64,000 nt of DNA from Okamejei kenojei (Eukaryota), in the NCBI GenBank assembly GCA_035221665.1, contig CM069135.1, positions 61,442,001 through 61,506,000 on the forward strand. The letters are read 5' to 3'. How positions within the stretch are numbered: the stretch's first letter is position 1; every line of letters begins with the position of its first letter. The notes beneath the pieces were generated by a model. It had not been told where the DNA came from. It saw only the letters and a list, made by a program, of their open reading frames with translations, and ran no database searches. The position numbers and the translations under genes were made by a program. Below, in pieces: positions 12,149-25,065 of this stretch.

Positions 12149-12603
12149 CACAGCCTAAAGTTGTAGGACAATTTGTTCTATTTGATCTTCCGTTTGTGCA
12201 CGTCGAGTTGATTGCATTAGTCTAAACAGGTGAAGGTTGCAATCTTCCACCCCACATTAGTGACAAAAACTTTGTAGTCTGCCATGCCCAATCCTTTAAT
12301 TGTGACAAAACCTCGTTAGTCTGCATGCCCAATCCTTTAATCATTTCCAATACACAAGCCAATCTTTTACTCATTTCCAATACACAAGCCAATCCTTTAC
12401 ACAATTGGTTTTACCTTCGATGTCTGTTTCTAAGGATCTTGTCTGGAACCAGGCCATCCTCAGACTGAGAGACCTTGGTTTTTTACTGGGAGCTTCTTCG
12501 GGAGGCTAGACTCAAAGGATCTGACTGGAGCTCAGTTTTCTCCCCTTCAGATCCCGGTCAACTGCACCCTCTTACTCAGTCATCTGTTGCTGGTCCCAGC
12601 AAG

Positions 12604-12623
12604 ATCCCTGCCCACTACAGCCA
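12604..12623 (-). promoter_or_regulatory. Primer binding site, tRNA-Ser-like
   Basis: TGGCTGTAGTGGGCAGGGAT, 2 nt after the 5' LTR, resembles the complement of the tRNA-Ser 3' end (TGGCGTAGTCGGCAGGAT). Confidence 0.7.
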
Positions 12624-12625
12624 AA

Positions 12626-13176
12626 TGTCAAAGTTCATTTCTTAAAAAGCAGATAGCAACAAAAACTGTTAAAGGTAAACCATGGCAATCTTTAATTGAT
12701 TCGTCAGATGGGAGTGGCAAAGAACTACAATGAGCACAAACGTTGTTCAGTGCTTCTCGGGCTCCCACTCACAGAACATAGAAGAGTTTGCACAATTATA
12801 CATTTTCCTTATCAGTAAAGCACTCTTACCAAGTCTGAATATGGCATGACTGAAAGATTCTGTAGCCTTTCAGAATATAAGAAAAGTTGGGTCCAAATGA
12901 AGCTCATTCAATAACTTATTACTTATCTCTGGAGCGTCAGCTACTTTTTCAATCTTGGCTTCTTTATGGATTTGAATGAAGCACATGTTATTACTGCAGG
13001 TGGGCATTTTAATGTCTTTATTGAAAAGACAACCTGTCCTCCATATTATTCCATATAATTTACAACGTCATTCAGACTTGGCACCGAGCCATTGTTTTGT
13101 TTTACTAGACCATGCTTTTGTAGAAGAACAACTCCATTTTAGATTTGACTATCAGATTTGACTATTAGCTCTTTCA
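12626..13176 (-). repeat. 5' LTR of the ERV
   Basis: Homologous over its full length to 1835-2372; flanked by the TSD CTCC. Confidence 0.93.
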
Positions 13177-13357
13177 CTCCCCCATCCCTCAGTATCTACT
13201 AATGTTTTGCTGTATATCCTTCTCATAAAAGATCAATATGATTTCCATACATTTGGTTCAAATTATTTACAATATAAAAATAAACTTCAGTTGTCAGTAA
13301 ACATTTTAGTGGAGTAACAAAAATAACAGAATAAAAAAGTTTAATAAGAAAGCAATA

Positions 13358-14070
13358 GGGGTGCCATACGATTGACAGCCCCGCCAACAGTCTGTTTGTT
13401 TTGTCATCTTTTTATACATTTTCAGTGTATGTTAAGTTTGTGTAAATGTTCTCTGGTTTGTTAGGGGAGGGAGAGGGGGAGGGGGAGGGTTTCTTCCCTT
13501 GCCGGAGATGCGATTAATTTTCGGATTGCATTCTCCGGTCGCTCTGCGGCCTACCATTGCTGGAGCTGGAGGCCTCCTCGGACTTGGGGCCCACCGCGGG
13601 GCATGGACTCACATCGGAGTCGATCCCTTGCCTGGGATCACTCAAAAGCGCGGCCTACGGACTTTACAGCTGGAGCTCGCAGTCTCGGGAGAGGCCGTGG
13701 ATGCCGGGAGCTCCAATGTCGCGGAAGGTTCGACCAGCCCCGACGTGAGGTTCGATCTTCCGATGTGGGAGAGCTGACATCCCCCCCGATGCAGGAGCAG
13801 ATCGCCTCGACACGGAGGGCCGCCGCCGGCTGCGGGAGTCAAGATCATCCCGTCAAGATCATCCCCTCGAGGCCTCCGACTGCGGGAGAGCTAAGGGAAG
13901 AGATAGAACTTTTTTTCGCCTTCCATCACAGAGAGGAATGTGGAGGAGTCTCTGTGATGGATGTAAATGTTAAAATGTGTTTTGTGTGTTCCGTTGCTTT
14001 TTATTTGTATGACTTGGCAAATGAAACTCCTCGTATGTTGCAAAACATACTTGGCTAATAAAGTATTATT
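13358..14070 (+). mobile_element. Unclassified GC-rich non-autonomous repeat
   Basis: CpG-rich body and a 3' block (gccttccatcacag...gtgatggatgt...aataaa) shared with 16720-17400, 57380-57545 and 59290-59660. Confidence 0.5.
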
Positions 14071-16049
14071 GTGATTGTTAATGATTACGAACTCATAATA
14101 ATTAATAAACATCAGGAATGTGACAGCAATCTATTTGGATTTTATATAAAACTTTTAAGTGCAAACGTTAGGACTACAACAATACATTATATAATTATTA
14201 TTTATTCTGTTTTATAGGCAATCTCTCAGGATTGCGCATCACTTTATCTCAGTCTGGTTTTGTGGTATCTGTGATTTGCCAAATGAAGCCAATGTGTGAA
14301 CCTCTTACACAGATGGTGCAGGAGATGACTGATGGAGTAACTAGGTGTTACCATGCATCATTTCTACTGTTTATGCAGGGCTTCTGTGCACTGCTGGTGC
14401 CTGGTCTCGATTTCTCAATATCATCCAAAATGAACCTTCATCATTTTTAATGTTACCAATATTCCCAGGAGTTAGCACACCTATGCTGTATCTATCTAGT
14501 AATCTCCTCCCATCATAGAGCTTGGAAAGTTTCTTTTGCAGTCGTCTGATATCAGATATGGGCAGTCCAAAGCAGCCAATTGAGGGTAATTGTGCCTCTT
14601 TACAGGGGATGTTGGCCTGGGATGCTGACGTTTGTTTGTTTATATTTCCAGTGGTTTGGATTATATTGCAGAGGTGATGTTGGTGATATTTTTCCATTGT
14701 CTTGAGAAGCCTGTTATAGGTTTTTCATGTCGCAGAAGTAAATACATCATGCTGGCTCGAAGGGCCAAATAGCCTACTCCTGCACCTATTGACCGGAATC
14801 ACCATTACCCAAAAGTTTTGTACCAAGCCTGAAATCTAATTTTTAAATAGTTCTTCATCAATTAACTAAATCTACACAAATGCAGACATCAATGCTGAAA
14901 TTCACCACCTTCACTATGACTGCACTTTATCTCTATTAATTAGTCAATAAAGTCACACATCCATTTTTTCCAATAACATAAAAAAGTATAGAAAAAGGCG
15001 AAATAATAAATTTGTGACATCATTATTTATGGTGTGCTATGTGAAATGCTTCAGAATTAACTTATAAATCTAATTCCTGTAATGATATTGAAATCAGCAG
15101 GACACACTCTGAAAGCATCTGGATTTTTGCTATTCTATGTGATGCATGTCATGACAATGATTATTTAAGATCAGTTCTGTACCTTAATTTAAACCACTCT
15201 TCTACATTCCCATGCACAGAGTACAAGTGTATAGATGGCAACAATCCTGATTCGTGAGGGTGGATTTTAACACCCGAGTGGGAAGCCAGGGGGAGCCAAA
15301 GATCTTCACCAGCTGAAAGCCTCTGATAAAGGCCTCAACCAACTGTGATGTTAATGATTCATTTATATCCTAATACCAAGCTGCCTGTTTGACGCAGGTG
15401 GAATGAAACAGCTAGTTAATTTCAGTGCAAATAAAAAAATATGGAGCACTAAGACAATTTATTGACCGAGGGAAGTTAAAAAAGAATACAACAAAATAGG
15501 AGCAGGAATCGACCACCAGATCACTCAAGCCTGCCCTCCCATTCAATATGATCATTGCTCATCCATGCCGGCCTTTTGTGCCAGTTCCCAACAATGTTCC
15601 ATTCCTTAATCTTTCAAATATTCATCCACCTTTAATATATCAATTGATCTGGCCTCCATCAGGCAGAGAATTCCAGAGATTCACTACTCTCTGAGTTTTC
15701 AATGACTAGCTCTTTATCTTGGAGGTATGTCCCCTTATTTCAGGCTCCCCCACTCATGTAGGCAGTGAGAGGGGATCAAGAAGGAATGAGGTGAATCTGT
15801 AGAATCATTTTTAACGAGAGTAAATTTAGAGGTGACTAGTTTGAGTTGGATTGGCTGATTGGTGGTGATGCTGGTTTTGGGAGGGAAGAGGGGGAGTGGC
15901 AGGAGTGATATTGTCTGGGAGTTCCAGTCTTGTCCAACATCACTTTTTATAGCATGGGATTTACTCACATCCTATAGTGAACACTATAAATGGATGGACA
16001 AGAGCAGTGACCAGCATCCAACAGATCAAAAAGCACCATAAAAAGCATT

Positions 16050-16575
16050 TTTTTGGGATGCATCACAGCTTGGTTTGGAAACAGATCCATCCAGGTCCGC
16101 AAGAAATTGCAGCAAATTGTGGATGCAGCCCAGACCATCACACAACCCAAACTCCCTTCTATTGACTCAATTTATACTTCACGCTGCCTCGGCAAGACCA
16201 GCGGCATAATCAAGGACGAGTCGCACCCTGGCCACTCCCTCTTCCCCCTCTCCCATCAGGCAAAAGGTATAGAAGTGTGAAAACGCACACTACCAGATTC
16301 GGGACAGTTTCTTCCCAGCTGTTATTTGGCAACTAAATCATCCTACCACAACCAGAGAGCAGTGCTGAACTACTATCTACCTCTTTGATGACCCTCAGAC
16401 TATCCTTGATTAGACTTTGCTGGCTTTACCTTGCACTAAACGTTATTCCCATATCATGTATCTATACACTGTAAACGGATTGATTGTAATCATGATTGTC
16501 TTTCTGCTGACTGGTTAGCACGAGACAAAAGCTTTTCACTGTACCTCGGTACATGTGACAATGAACTAAACTGAA
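16050..16575 (+). mobile_element. Rex1/Babar-like LINE 3' fragment
   Basis: GCITAWFGN...RKKLQQIVDAAQTIT...IIKDESHPGHSLF followed by a 3' UTR. Confidence 0.75.
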
Positions 16576-16719
16576 ACTTTGAAATGTGTTGACTTATATT
16601 TATTGTCTAGAGAAGGGATTTCTTTAATTTGTTTTTTTTAAGTACAAGCCGAATAAAAACAAATAAAATGGTTAATAGTAGCAGCAAACCTCTGAACTAT
16701 TCCGAACATTTTAGAATGG

Positions 16720-17400
16720 AATAGAATGCCTTTTATTGTCATTCAAACAGCTTGTTTCGAACGAAATTGCATTTTCTACAATCTTACATTACGAAGAAAC
16801 CCAAGACCCACACTTAACACAGTTTACATAAACATCCATCACAGTGGATCTCCAACATCTCCTCACTGTGTTGGAAGGCAAAGTCTTATCTCTTCCTTTT
16901 GTTCTTCTCCCGCGGTCCAGCAGTCCAACTGCAGCGTTGAGCGAGCTGGAGCTCCTGATGTTAAAGACCCCGGCAGGCGATGGTAAGTCCTGTAGCCATT
17001 TAAGCCATGGCAGGCGATGTTAGGCCCTGCTCTGAGTCCAGGGGAAGTTGCCGTTGTGGGAGCTCCGAAAAGTGGTCTCCCACCAGGGACCTGCGAGCTC
17101 CCGATGTTCCTGTCCACCGGGCCTGCAGCTGGAGCCTCCGAAGCTCCGAAGTCGGGTTACAGCCGCACGCCACCACAGCTCCTCCCGCTCCGAAGACGGC
17201 CAGCTCCACAATGTTAGGCCCAACAACACCGGGAAAAAGTTGGGTCCCCATACAGGGAAGAGATTAACTGTTTTCCCCCCCCCCCCCACATATACACAGC
17301 TAAATAAAAATAATAAAATCTAGTCAAGACATACAATTAACGAGGCAACAATTTAAACAAAGACAGACGGACTGTAGTCGAGCCGCTGCCGACTACACCA
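16720..17400 (-). mobile_element. Unclassified GC-rich non-autonomous repeat (related to 13358-14070)
   Basis: Shared 3' block in reverse orientation with a short repeat tail. Confidence 0.5.
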
Positions 17401-19869
17401 CACAGTGCACCACTAAATGTCGATATGTAATCTACTACTCCTGGGTTTTCAGATGCTGGTCTTTAGTCTCCTACTCTCGATTATATCCTGTTTCTCTATT
17501 ATTCCCACTGATCATTCCACCCAGCACAATTGATTTCCTGGATCATTTTTGCTTCTCCTTGGTATCCTTGGTGCTTTCATCTCTTATTTCCTGCAGTTGA
17601 TTTATTCTTGATTTCTTCTTTTATCACTCTGTTCTTTTTGTTGGTGGTCTTGATAACACTTTGCTTTGACAGTCCTTAAGGGTCCATTGTGGACTACATT
17701 CTGCTCCTTTAACTGCTCATTGTTTCTGTATTTCAATGCAATTCTTTCTCTTTTAATTTGTGCTTTCAATGAAATCAATGAGGTCTGATCTAGATTTTCA
17801 TGACGAATTGCCTTGGTATCGACATTTAGTGGTAAGTAGCAATCTACTGTCCTGATAATCAGACCTGAGCTTCAATGTTGTATGCCTCCCAGACTCTGTC
17901 TATCATTGGGCATTCTTAAATTTCTTAGACTTTGTATTAACCTTATCTTATAATGAAATATGAACGTTTGTTATTTTCCAGTAATTATTTATATTTATTC
18001 ATTTGCTGTAAATGTTGTATTCATCAAATGAGCACTAAATTACTCACTGGAAAGAAAGCTAATTTATTCTTGTCAAGTGGTAACATCAACCATTCCCAGA
18101 TCAGTAAAGCAGTATTATTCCAGTGTCACTTAGTTACTTTTATTGTGCTAACATAACTTGGTTTTTTTTTTGCTATTTATTTCTGCAATTTAATTCTTGG
18201 TTTCTCCATCAAGACTGTGTGTGTGCTTATTTGTTAATTAAACTGCTTTTATGTATGATCTGCATTCAAGGAAACATTGGTACAAATAAGTGTACAACCC
18301 ATGCAATTACCAGTAAATGCCTTGCAGTGAAAACGGAGAATTAACAGTGGTGCAGACATGTAATTGGGAAACAAATCTCTAATCTACTATTAAAGCTGTC
18401 AACAGATTTGCTGAAAAAGCCACCTTCTGTGCTTTAAGATGGCAACATAACAGCAGTTGCTGCTTCAAATTCTCAGCTAGAATCAATTGCTTTTATTGTG
18501 GTTGAAAAATACTCCAGGTCACTTGGCACACTGAAGAATTACTGCTTCTTTATATTGTGTGGGACAAAGCTGAAAGGTTGGTAATAGGACAGAATGTAAT
18601 ATATCTGGGATTGGGATAGGGGGAACTTCAATTACCATAACTAAAAGCAACTTGATCACAATTTAATGAGATGGCTATGGCCCAGAGAAGCATACCGACC
18701 ACACTTAAATTACAATGAGTTCTAAGCAAACCAATATGAAGGCTGAACCTACTTGAGTACATCCTCATGATTATGATCCCATTACTATCATCCTCATGAT
18801 CTACTTACGACTGTATGATTGAGTCATGTTCATGATAGAAACGAGAGGAGTGATCACTACATTGGCTCCAAGGGTGAAATCCTGTCTTCACACTACCAAT
18901 GGGCCAAATGAGATAGTAGCTGAATAAATCCAGTAGGTCTAAACATCCTAGCTATAATCATGAAGACATTGGGCCAAACATCCCAATACACCTACAATAC
19001 AGGTATTAACTTAGCTATTTGTAAAACTACACAGCTTTTCTACCAAAGAAATATGATAAGTTCATTCTGTCCAATTACTGTATATCCCATTAGTCAACTT
19101 TCAATTATCAACAAAATGATGAAAGACTGTTCACATTGTTATTAAGGGATATATACGAGCCAATAACATTAATAACATGCTCCAGACTTCATTACAATCT
19201 TAATTTAAACATGGACGAAATAATTTATTTTCAGAGATGAGGTACGGCTGGCTGTTCTTCATTTAACCGTTCAACGGATTGTGGAATTTGGAAGACGTCT
19301 GCACTAGTTGGAATCATATCTTGCAGGACGCATATTTGTTATGGTTCTTAGAGGACAATCTTATCAGTCTCCATTTCATTGTTGCAAGAATCCCTCTATG
19401 AAGATCAAGCATCTTGAGCTTCTTTGTCATTGAACTTCCTTTGATCTTAAGATGAGAAGTGAGAATATAGCAGTGTTCAGTTTCATTCACAGTTCTTCAG
19501 ATAATAAAACTGTCCCTTTCTGAATGAGACAGGACCTAAATAATACTCAGGCTTGGATTGATTACTGGCATTCAAACAACAAAAGTATCAGGAACTGATT
19601 ACCACAACCACCTAAAAGAAAGGAGAGGGTTACCACAACCATACACCAAGATCAACATCCTGGGGTCACCATTGATCAGAAACTTAACATCAGCCATAAA
19701 AATACCAGTGAATGTCAGAGATTGGGAATCCTATTGCTGGTGACTCAGCCACAATTCTCCACGTCTATAAGGGATAAATAGGCATTATTATGGATTGTGT
19801 TCCAATTTTTTGGATGACGGTGGCTCAAAGAATATTTTGCACTGTCCAGGATACAGCAGTCCATTTAAC

Positions 19870-20730
19870 TGTATTCAACCTGATGGTCACAGTTATCAAG
19901 CTCCTGTACCTTCTTCGCTATGGTAGCAGCAAGATGAGAACATGATCAGGATAGTGTGGATAATATTAATAAATATTAGCTGCTTTTTTTAAGGCAGTAC
20001 CTCCTGTTGATCCATTTGATGGTGGTTAGGTCAGTATTTGTGATGGACCATGCAATGTCTACCACTTTCTGCAACCTCCATTGTTCCTGTCATTCGAGTT
20101 TTCGAACCAGGCTATGATGCAACCAGTCAGTATGCTCTCTACCATGCATCTGTAGATTGAGGAGATTTGGTATGTCGCCAAATACTCTATTAATTTGGCG
20201 ACATATCAAATTTCCTCAATCTTCTACGGACGTTAATGAGCTTTATTTGTGCTGCATCAATATAGTGGACCCAGGACAGATGTTGTCCAAGAACTTGAAA
20301 CTTGAATCTTTCCCCCATCATCCCGATGATGAAGACTGCTATCAGACTTCATAAGGTCATACAGTAAGTGACAGGACAGAATTAGCCCATTTGGCCCATC
20401 GTCTACTCCACCATTCATTCATGGCTGATCTTTCATCCCCTCTCAACCCCATTCTCCTGCCTTCTCTCCATAACCCCTGACATCTGTACTAATCAAGAAT
20501 CTATCTATCTCTGCCTTAAAAGTCTCTGACTTCCTGGATCCTCAGATTTCCCCTCCTGAAGTCAATAATCAGCTCCTTGATCTTGCTAATGTTTGTTGTT
20601 CTGGCACCATTCAATCAGATTATCATTTTCCATCCTACACTCTGACTCGTTACCTTTCATTCATCCAACAACAGCAATATCGTGGCAAATTAATGATGGT
20701 CTTGAAGCCGTGTATGGCTACACAGTCATG
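19870..20730 (-). mobile_element. Old Rex1-like LINE remnant split by the Tc1 (continues ~22360-22400)
   Basis: QGCVLSPLLYSL RT motif at ~22365-22398 continues across the Tc1 TA site. Confidence 0.6.
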
Positions 20731-20732
20731 TA

Positions 20733-22358
20733 CAGTGGCTTGCAAAGGTATTCATACCCCTTGAACTTTTCTACATTTTGTCACGTTACAACCACAAACG
20801 TAAATGTATTTTTTGGGGTTTTATATGATAGACCAACACAAAGTGGTGCATAATTGTGAAGTGGAAGGAAAATGATACATGGTTTTCAATTTTTTTTACA
20901 AATAAAAAACTGAAAAGTGTGGCATGTAAAAGTATTCAGCCCCCTTTACTCTGATACCCCCAAATAAAATCCAGTGCAACCAATTGCCTTCAGAAGTCAC
21001 CTAATTAGTAAATAGAGTCCACGTGTGTAATCTAATCTCAGTATAAATACACCTGTTCTGTGAAGGCCTCAGAGGTTTGTTAGAGAACATTAGTGAACAA
21101 ACAATGTTCCTTGGGCATAATGAAGCCCAAGGAACACACCAGACAGGCCAGTGATAAAGTTGTGGAGAAGTTTAAAGCAGGGTTAGGTTATAAGAAAATA
21201 TCCCAAGCTTTGAACATCTCACGGAGCACTGTTCAATCCATCATCCGAAAATGGAAAGAGTTTGCACAACTGCAAACCTACCAAGACATGGCCGTCCACC
21301 TAAACTGACAGGCCGGGCAAGGAGACCATTGATCAGAGAAGCAGCCAAGAGGCCCATGGTAACTCTGGAGGAGCTGCCGAGATCCACAGCTCAGGTGGGA
21401 GAATCTGTCCACAGGACAACTATTAGTCGTGCACTCCACAAATCGGCCCTTTATGTAAGAGTGGCAAGAAGAAAGCCATTGTTGAAACAAAACCATAAGA
21501 AGTACCGTTTGCAGTTTGCCACAAGCCATGTGGGGGACACAGCAAACATGTGGAGGAAGGTGCTCTGGTCTGATGAGACAAAAATTGAAGTTTTTGGCCT
21601 AAATGCAAAACGCTATGTGTGGCGGAAAACTAACACTACACATTACTCTGAACACACCATCCCCACTGTGAAACATGGTGGTGGCAGCATCATGCTGTGG
21701 GGATGCTTTTCTTCAGCAGGGACAGGGAAGCTGGTCAGAGTTCATGGGAAGATGGATGCAGCCAAATACAGGGCAATCTTGGAAGAAAACATATTAGAGT
21801 CTGCAAAAGACTTGAGACTGGGGCGGAGGTTCACCTTCCAGCAGGACAACGACCCTAAACATACAGTCAGAGCTACAATGGAATGTTTTAGATCAAAGCA
21901 TATTCATGTGTTAGAATGGCCCAGTCAAAGTCCAGACCCAAATCCAATTGAGAATCTCTGGCAAGACTTGAAAATTGCTGTTCACAGACACTCTTCATCC
22001 AATCTGACTCAGCTTGAGCTATTTTGCAAAGAAGAATGGGCAAAAATGTCAGTCTCTAGATGTGCAAAGCTGGTAGAGACATACCCCAAAAGTCTTGCAG
22101 CTGTAATTGCAGCGAAAGGTGGTTCTACAAAGTATTGACCCAAGGGGGCTGAATACTTTTGCACACCACACTTTTCAGTTTTTTATTTGTAATAAAATGT
22201 GGAAACCATGTATCATTTTCCTTCCACTTCACAATTATGCACCACTTTGTGTTGGTCTATGTCACATAAAATCCCAATAAAATACATTTACGTTTGTAGT
22301 TGTAACGTGACAAAATGTGGAAATATTCAAGGGGTATGAATACTTTTGCAAGCCACTG
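20733..22358 (+). mobile_element. Full-length Tc1 (IR/DR-type) DNA transposon
   Basis: TA|CAGTGGCTTGCAAA ... TTTGCAAGCCACTG|TA, ~210-bp TIRs with internal direct repeats, and an internal transposase. Confidence 0.96.
21120..22138 (+). pseudogene. Tc1 DD34E transposase with a single frameshift near 21263
   Basis: MKPKEH paired-like [25 protein letters not shown] and SPDPNPIENLW; 34 residues between the second D and E. Confidence 0.93.
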
Positions 22359-22859
22359 TATATAGAGAGAATAGAGCAGAGGACTGAGCACACAGCCTTG
22401 AAATGAGTTCCAATGCTTCTGATTTATCTAATTCATCTGTTTTTTAGCTACAGTGCTGTTTGGTATTCTGAACTCCAGCTGATTCAATTTTCTTTCACAA
22501 CAGTAGAAAAACTATCTCACAGATTAATTATTATCTATTCTGCAAATTTACACTGAAGTAGATCTTTCACCATCTCTAAACAGATAAAGTCCAGGGATAC
22601 ATGGGATGCAAAAAACAGTCAGTGCTGAACCAGGACTTGATAGTTTAAATTTGTCTGAAATATTTATATTATTTTTAAAACTATATGGACCTTCAGATTG
22701 AAAATCTATTGAAAATAATAAATACATCAAGCGAGAACTGAATGCAAGCACAATAAACTGTGGGTAAGTTTTCTTAATGTAAAAAGATTTAAGAATCAAT
22801 TTACTAGTGCATGTAATTAACATACACACAGGTGGTTCTGCAAGTGTTCATAAAGAAGA

Positions 22860-23800
22860 ATGGCGTGGAATGTGAAGATAATTATGGTGTAATGTGATGG
22901 ATGGGCAGTGAGCATTAATCACCTCCAATGGGATGTGATTTGAGGGGTAAAGGGGTTGTAGAGTATAAAGGTAATAATGTGCATTAGATTGGAATGTCGA
23001 CATAATGAGGTGATGCTATGTTACAGTGGAATGTGAGAGGTAATAATGGTGTTTTGTAATGGAGTAGGAGGGGTAATGATGATACATTGCAATGAAGTGT
23101 GAGGGGTATCAAATGTAATGGGGTGGGGTATATGAGTGATGATGATGTAATGGGAGCATGGTGTTAGAATAATAATAGTGAAAGGAATGGAATTGGTGGG
23201 ATAATGCTGTAATTAGGTGTGGTTGGTGTAAAGTTAGTGCAATGGACTGGGGATAATAGGTAGAATTGTAATGGGATGGGTTGTGAAGTTGAATAATGGT
23301 TGGGTTGTGAAGGTGTAATAATGTACTGCTTGATATATTCAGATGTACGATGGAATTGTACGTTGGATAATTTTGTAATGGGACGGTGTGATCATAATAA
23401 TGATTAAGTGTATTGGATATGAGGGCATTGTTTAGTGGCTAGGGTATTGTTTAGTGTTGCTAGTGGGGTGGGAATTAAGTGCAATGTTATGTAATGGGAT
23501 TAAGTGTGAATGACGGCATGGAATTGAGTGTGAGAGTAATGATGTGTATGTCAAAGGATGGGGTAACAAAGAGTAATAATAGTACAATGGATGGAGTAGT
23601 GAGAGTAATAGTGGTGCTGTGGATAGTGAGGTGTGTAATCATGATGTAAAGGGCTTGGATAGTGAGGAATAAAAATTGTCATTGGAATGAGATGAAAATA
23701 TGGTGTAGTGGGATTGTGTAACAGGGTAACAATGATATAATGGGGTGAGGCAATTGGGAGTTATAATGGTGTAATGAGCTGGGATGGGAAGGTATAATGA
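22860..23800 (+). repeat. Degenerate G/T/A-rich, C-poor low-complexity tract
   Basis: Loose gtaatgg/gggatg motifs with almost no C for ~950 bp. Confidence 0.7.
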
Positions 23801-23872
23801 GATATGTGTGGGGATATAGTATGCTGGATATTCCCTTTGTGTTTCAATCGTAGAAACAGGTTGCTACCCACG

Positions 23873-23951
23873 ATGGGATCCAGCTCCCTTACTTCACAGC
23901 AACTGCAAATTGTGCTGAGAATCATACTGGTTTACCAGTTCTGCAATGCAG
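23873..23951 (+). CDS. HJV: RGM/hemojuvelin-like, first coding exon (signal peptide)
   Basis: MGSSSLTSQQLQIVLRIILVYQFCNA then G|gtaaat, a phase-1 donor that joins in frame to ag|TGATGTCA at 28026. Confidence 0.7.
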
Positions 23952-24769
23952 GTAAATATCTTTCTTACATTTCAAACCACAGCACTAATCATGACCTGCA
24001 AATATGATGGTTTTTGAATGTGCCTGCTCACATGCAGGTTCAAATGTGAGTATATATTTTTTCTTCCTTTATAACTTCAACCAACATATAGATATGTGAG
24101 AGGTGTTAACCAAACAGAAAATATGCTGGGAAGATGTAGCTGCTTAGCAGCATTAAGGCTGGGTTCACGGGACAACTGGAATGGCCTTTGTGACCAGCTG
24201 CAACTGGGCCAAAAATGGTGCCTCTTGCATATTGACTCAGTGGGCTGTTCAGTACATCCTGTACTGACTGGGGAAAGTGTGCTTATGTATAGGGATAGTC
24301 ATCCTATCCTGACTTCTCCACTTTCTCTGCAACTGAAACCAGATTGATTTCAAACTGTTCCTCATTTTAATGAAAGGGGTCAACACAAAATGTTCAAACT
24401 CCCCAATGAGGTATGATATACTGAATATTTCTATAACTTCTGTGATTTTTTTTCTAGATTTCCAGCATCTGCATATTTTGATTTTAAATGGGTTTTTGAT
24501 GTTAAATTGTTTTATCTTTTCATCTATTTACACAATTGTACCAAATCAAAATCTAATTTAATGAATAAGGCTAGGTAATGCTGCAAAGAGATTTGATCAC
24601 AGTACCCTGCAGAAAGATACCATCTATTTGCTCCTTGTAATGATCATGTATAATCATTGTATTCACAGTTATAATTTTACTTTATCACACACAGAAGGAA
24701 TGTCCTGCAGACAGGATACAGTGACAAGAAACACTGGGGTAGCTTTGGAGTGCAAAATTCCAACACGTG

Positions 24770-25065
24770 CTCTGCACAGTGGTACCGCGGTAGAGTTGCT
24801 GCCGAGCAATGCCGGACACCGGGTTCGATCCTGACTATGATGGTGTCTGTACATTCTCCCTGTTAACCCGTGGGCTTTCTCCGGGTGCTCTAGTTTCTGC
24901 CCACATTCCAAAGTTGTGCCGGTTTATAGATTAATTGACTTCTGTATATTGTCCGTAGTGTGTAGGATAGAACTAGATAGAACTGTAGGTGATCGCTGGT
25001 CGGCATGGACCAGTGGGCCGACGGGCTGTTTCCACACTTATTTTAGTATCTCTGAACTAAATTAA
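24770..25065 (+). mobile_element. tRNA-derived HE1/V-SINE-like element
   Basis: A/B-box-like head (GGTTCGATCC), central gggctttctccgggtgctc core and CR1-like tail. Confidence 0.75.

Larger units (their letters stand above)
1835..13176 (-). mobile_element. Defective class I-like endogenous retrovirus carrying transduced host mRNA fragments
   Basis: Direct repeats 1835-2372 and 12626-13176 with TG...CA ends, 4-bp TSD CTCC (1831-1834, 13177-13180), PBS, PPT, and gag/IN/env-TM remnants in correct minus-strand order. Confidence 0.92.

Noticed and set aside
24770-24850. tRNA gene
   Set aside because: It is the tRNA-derived head of a SINE; no complete cloverleaf.
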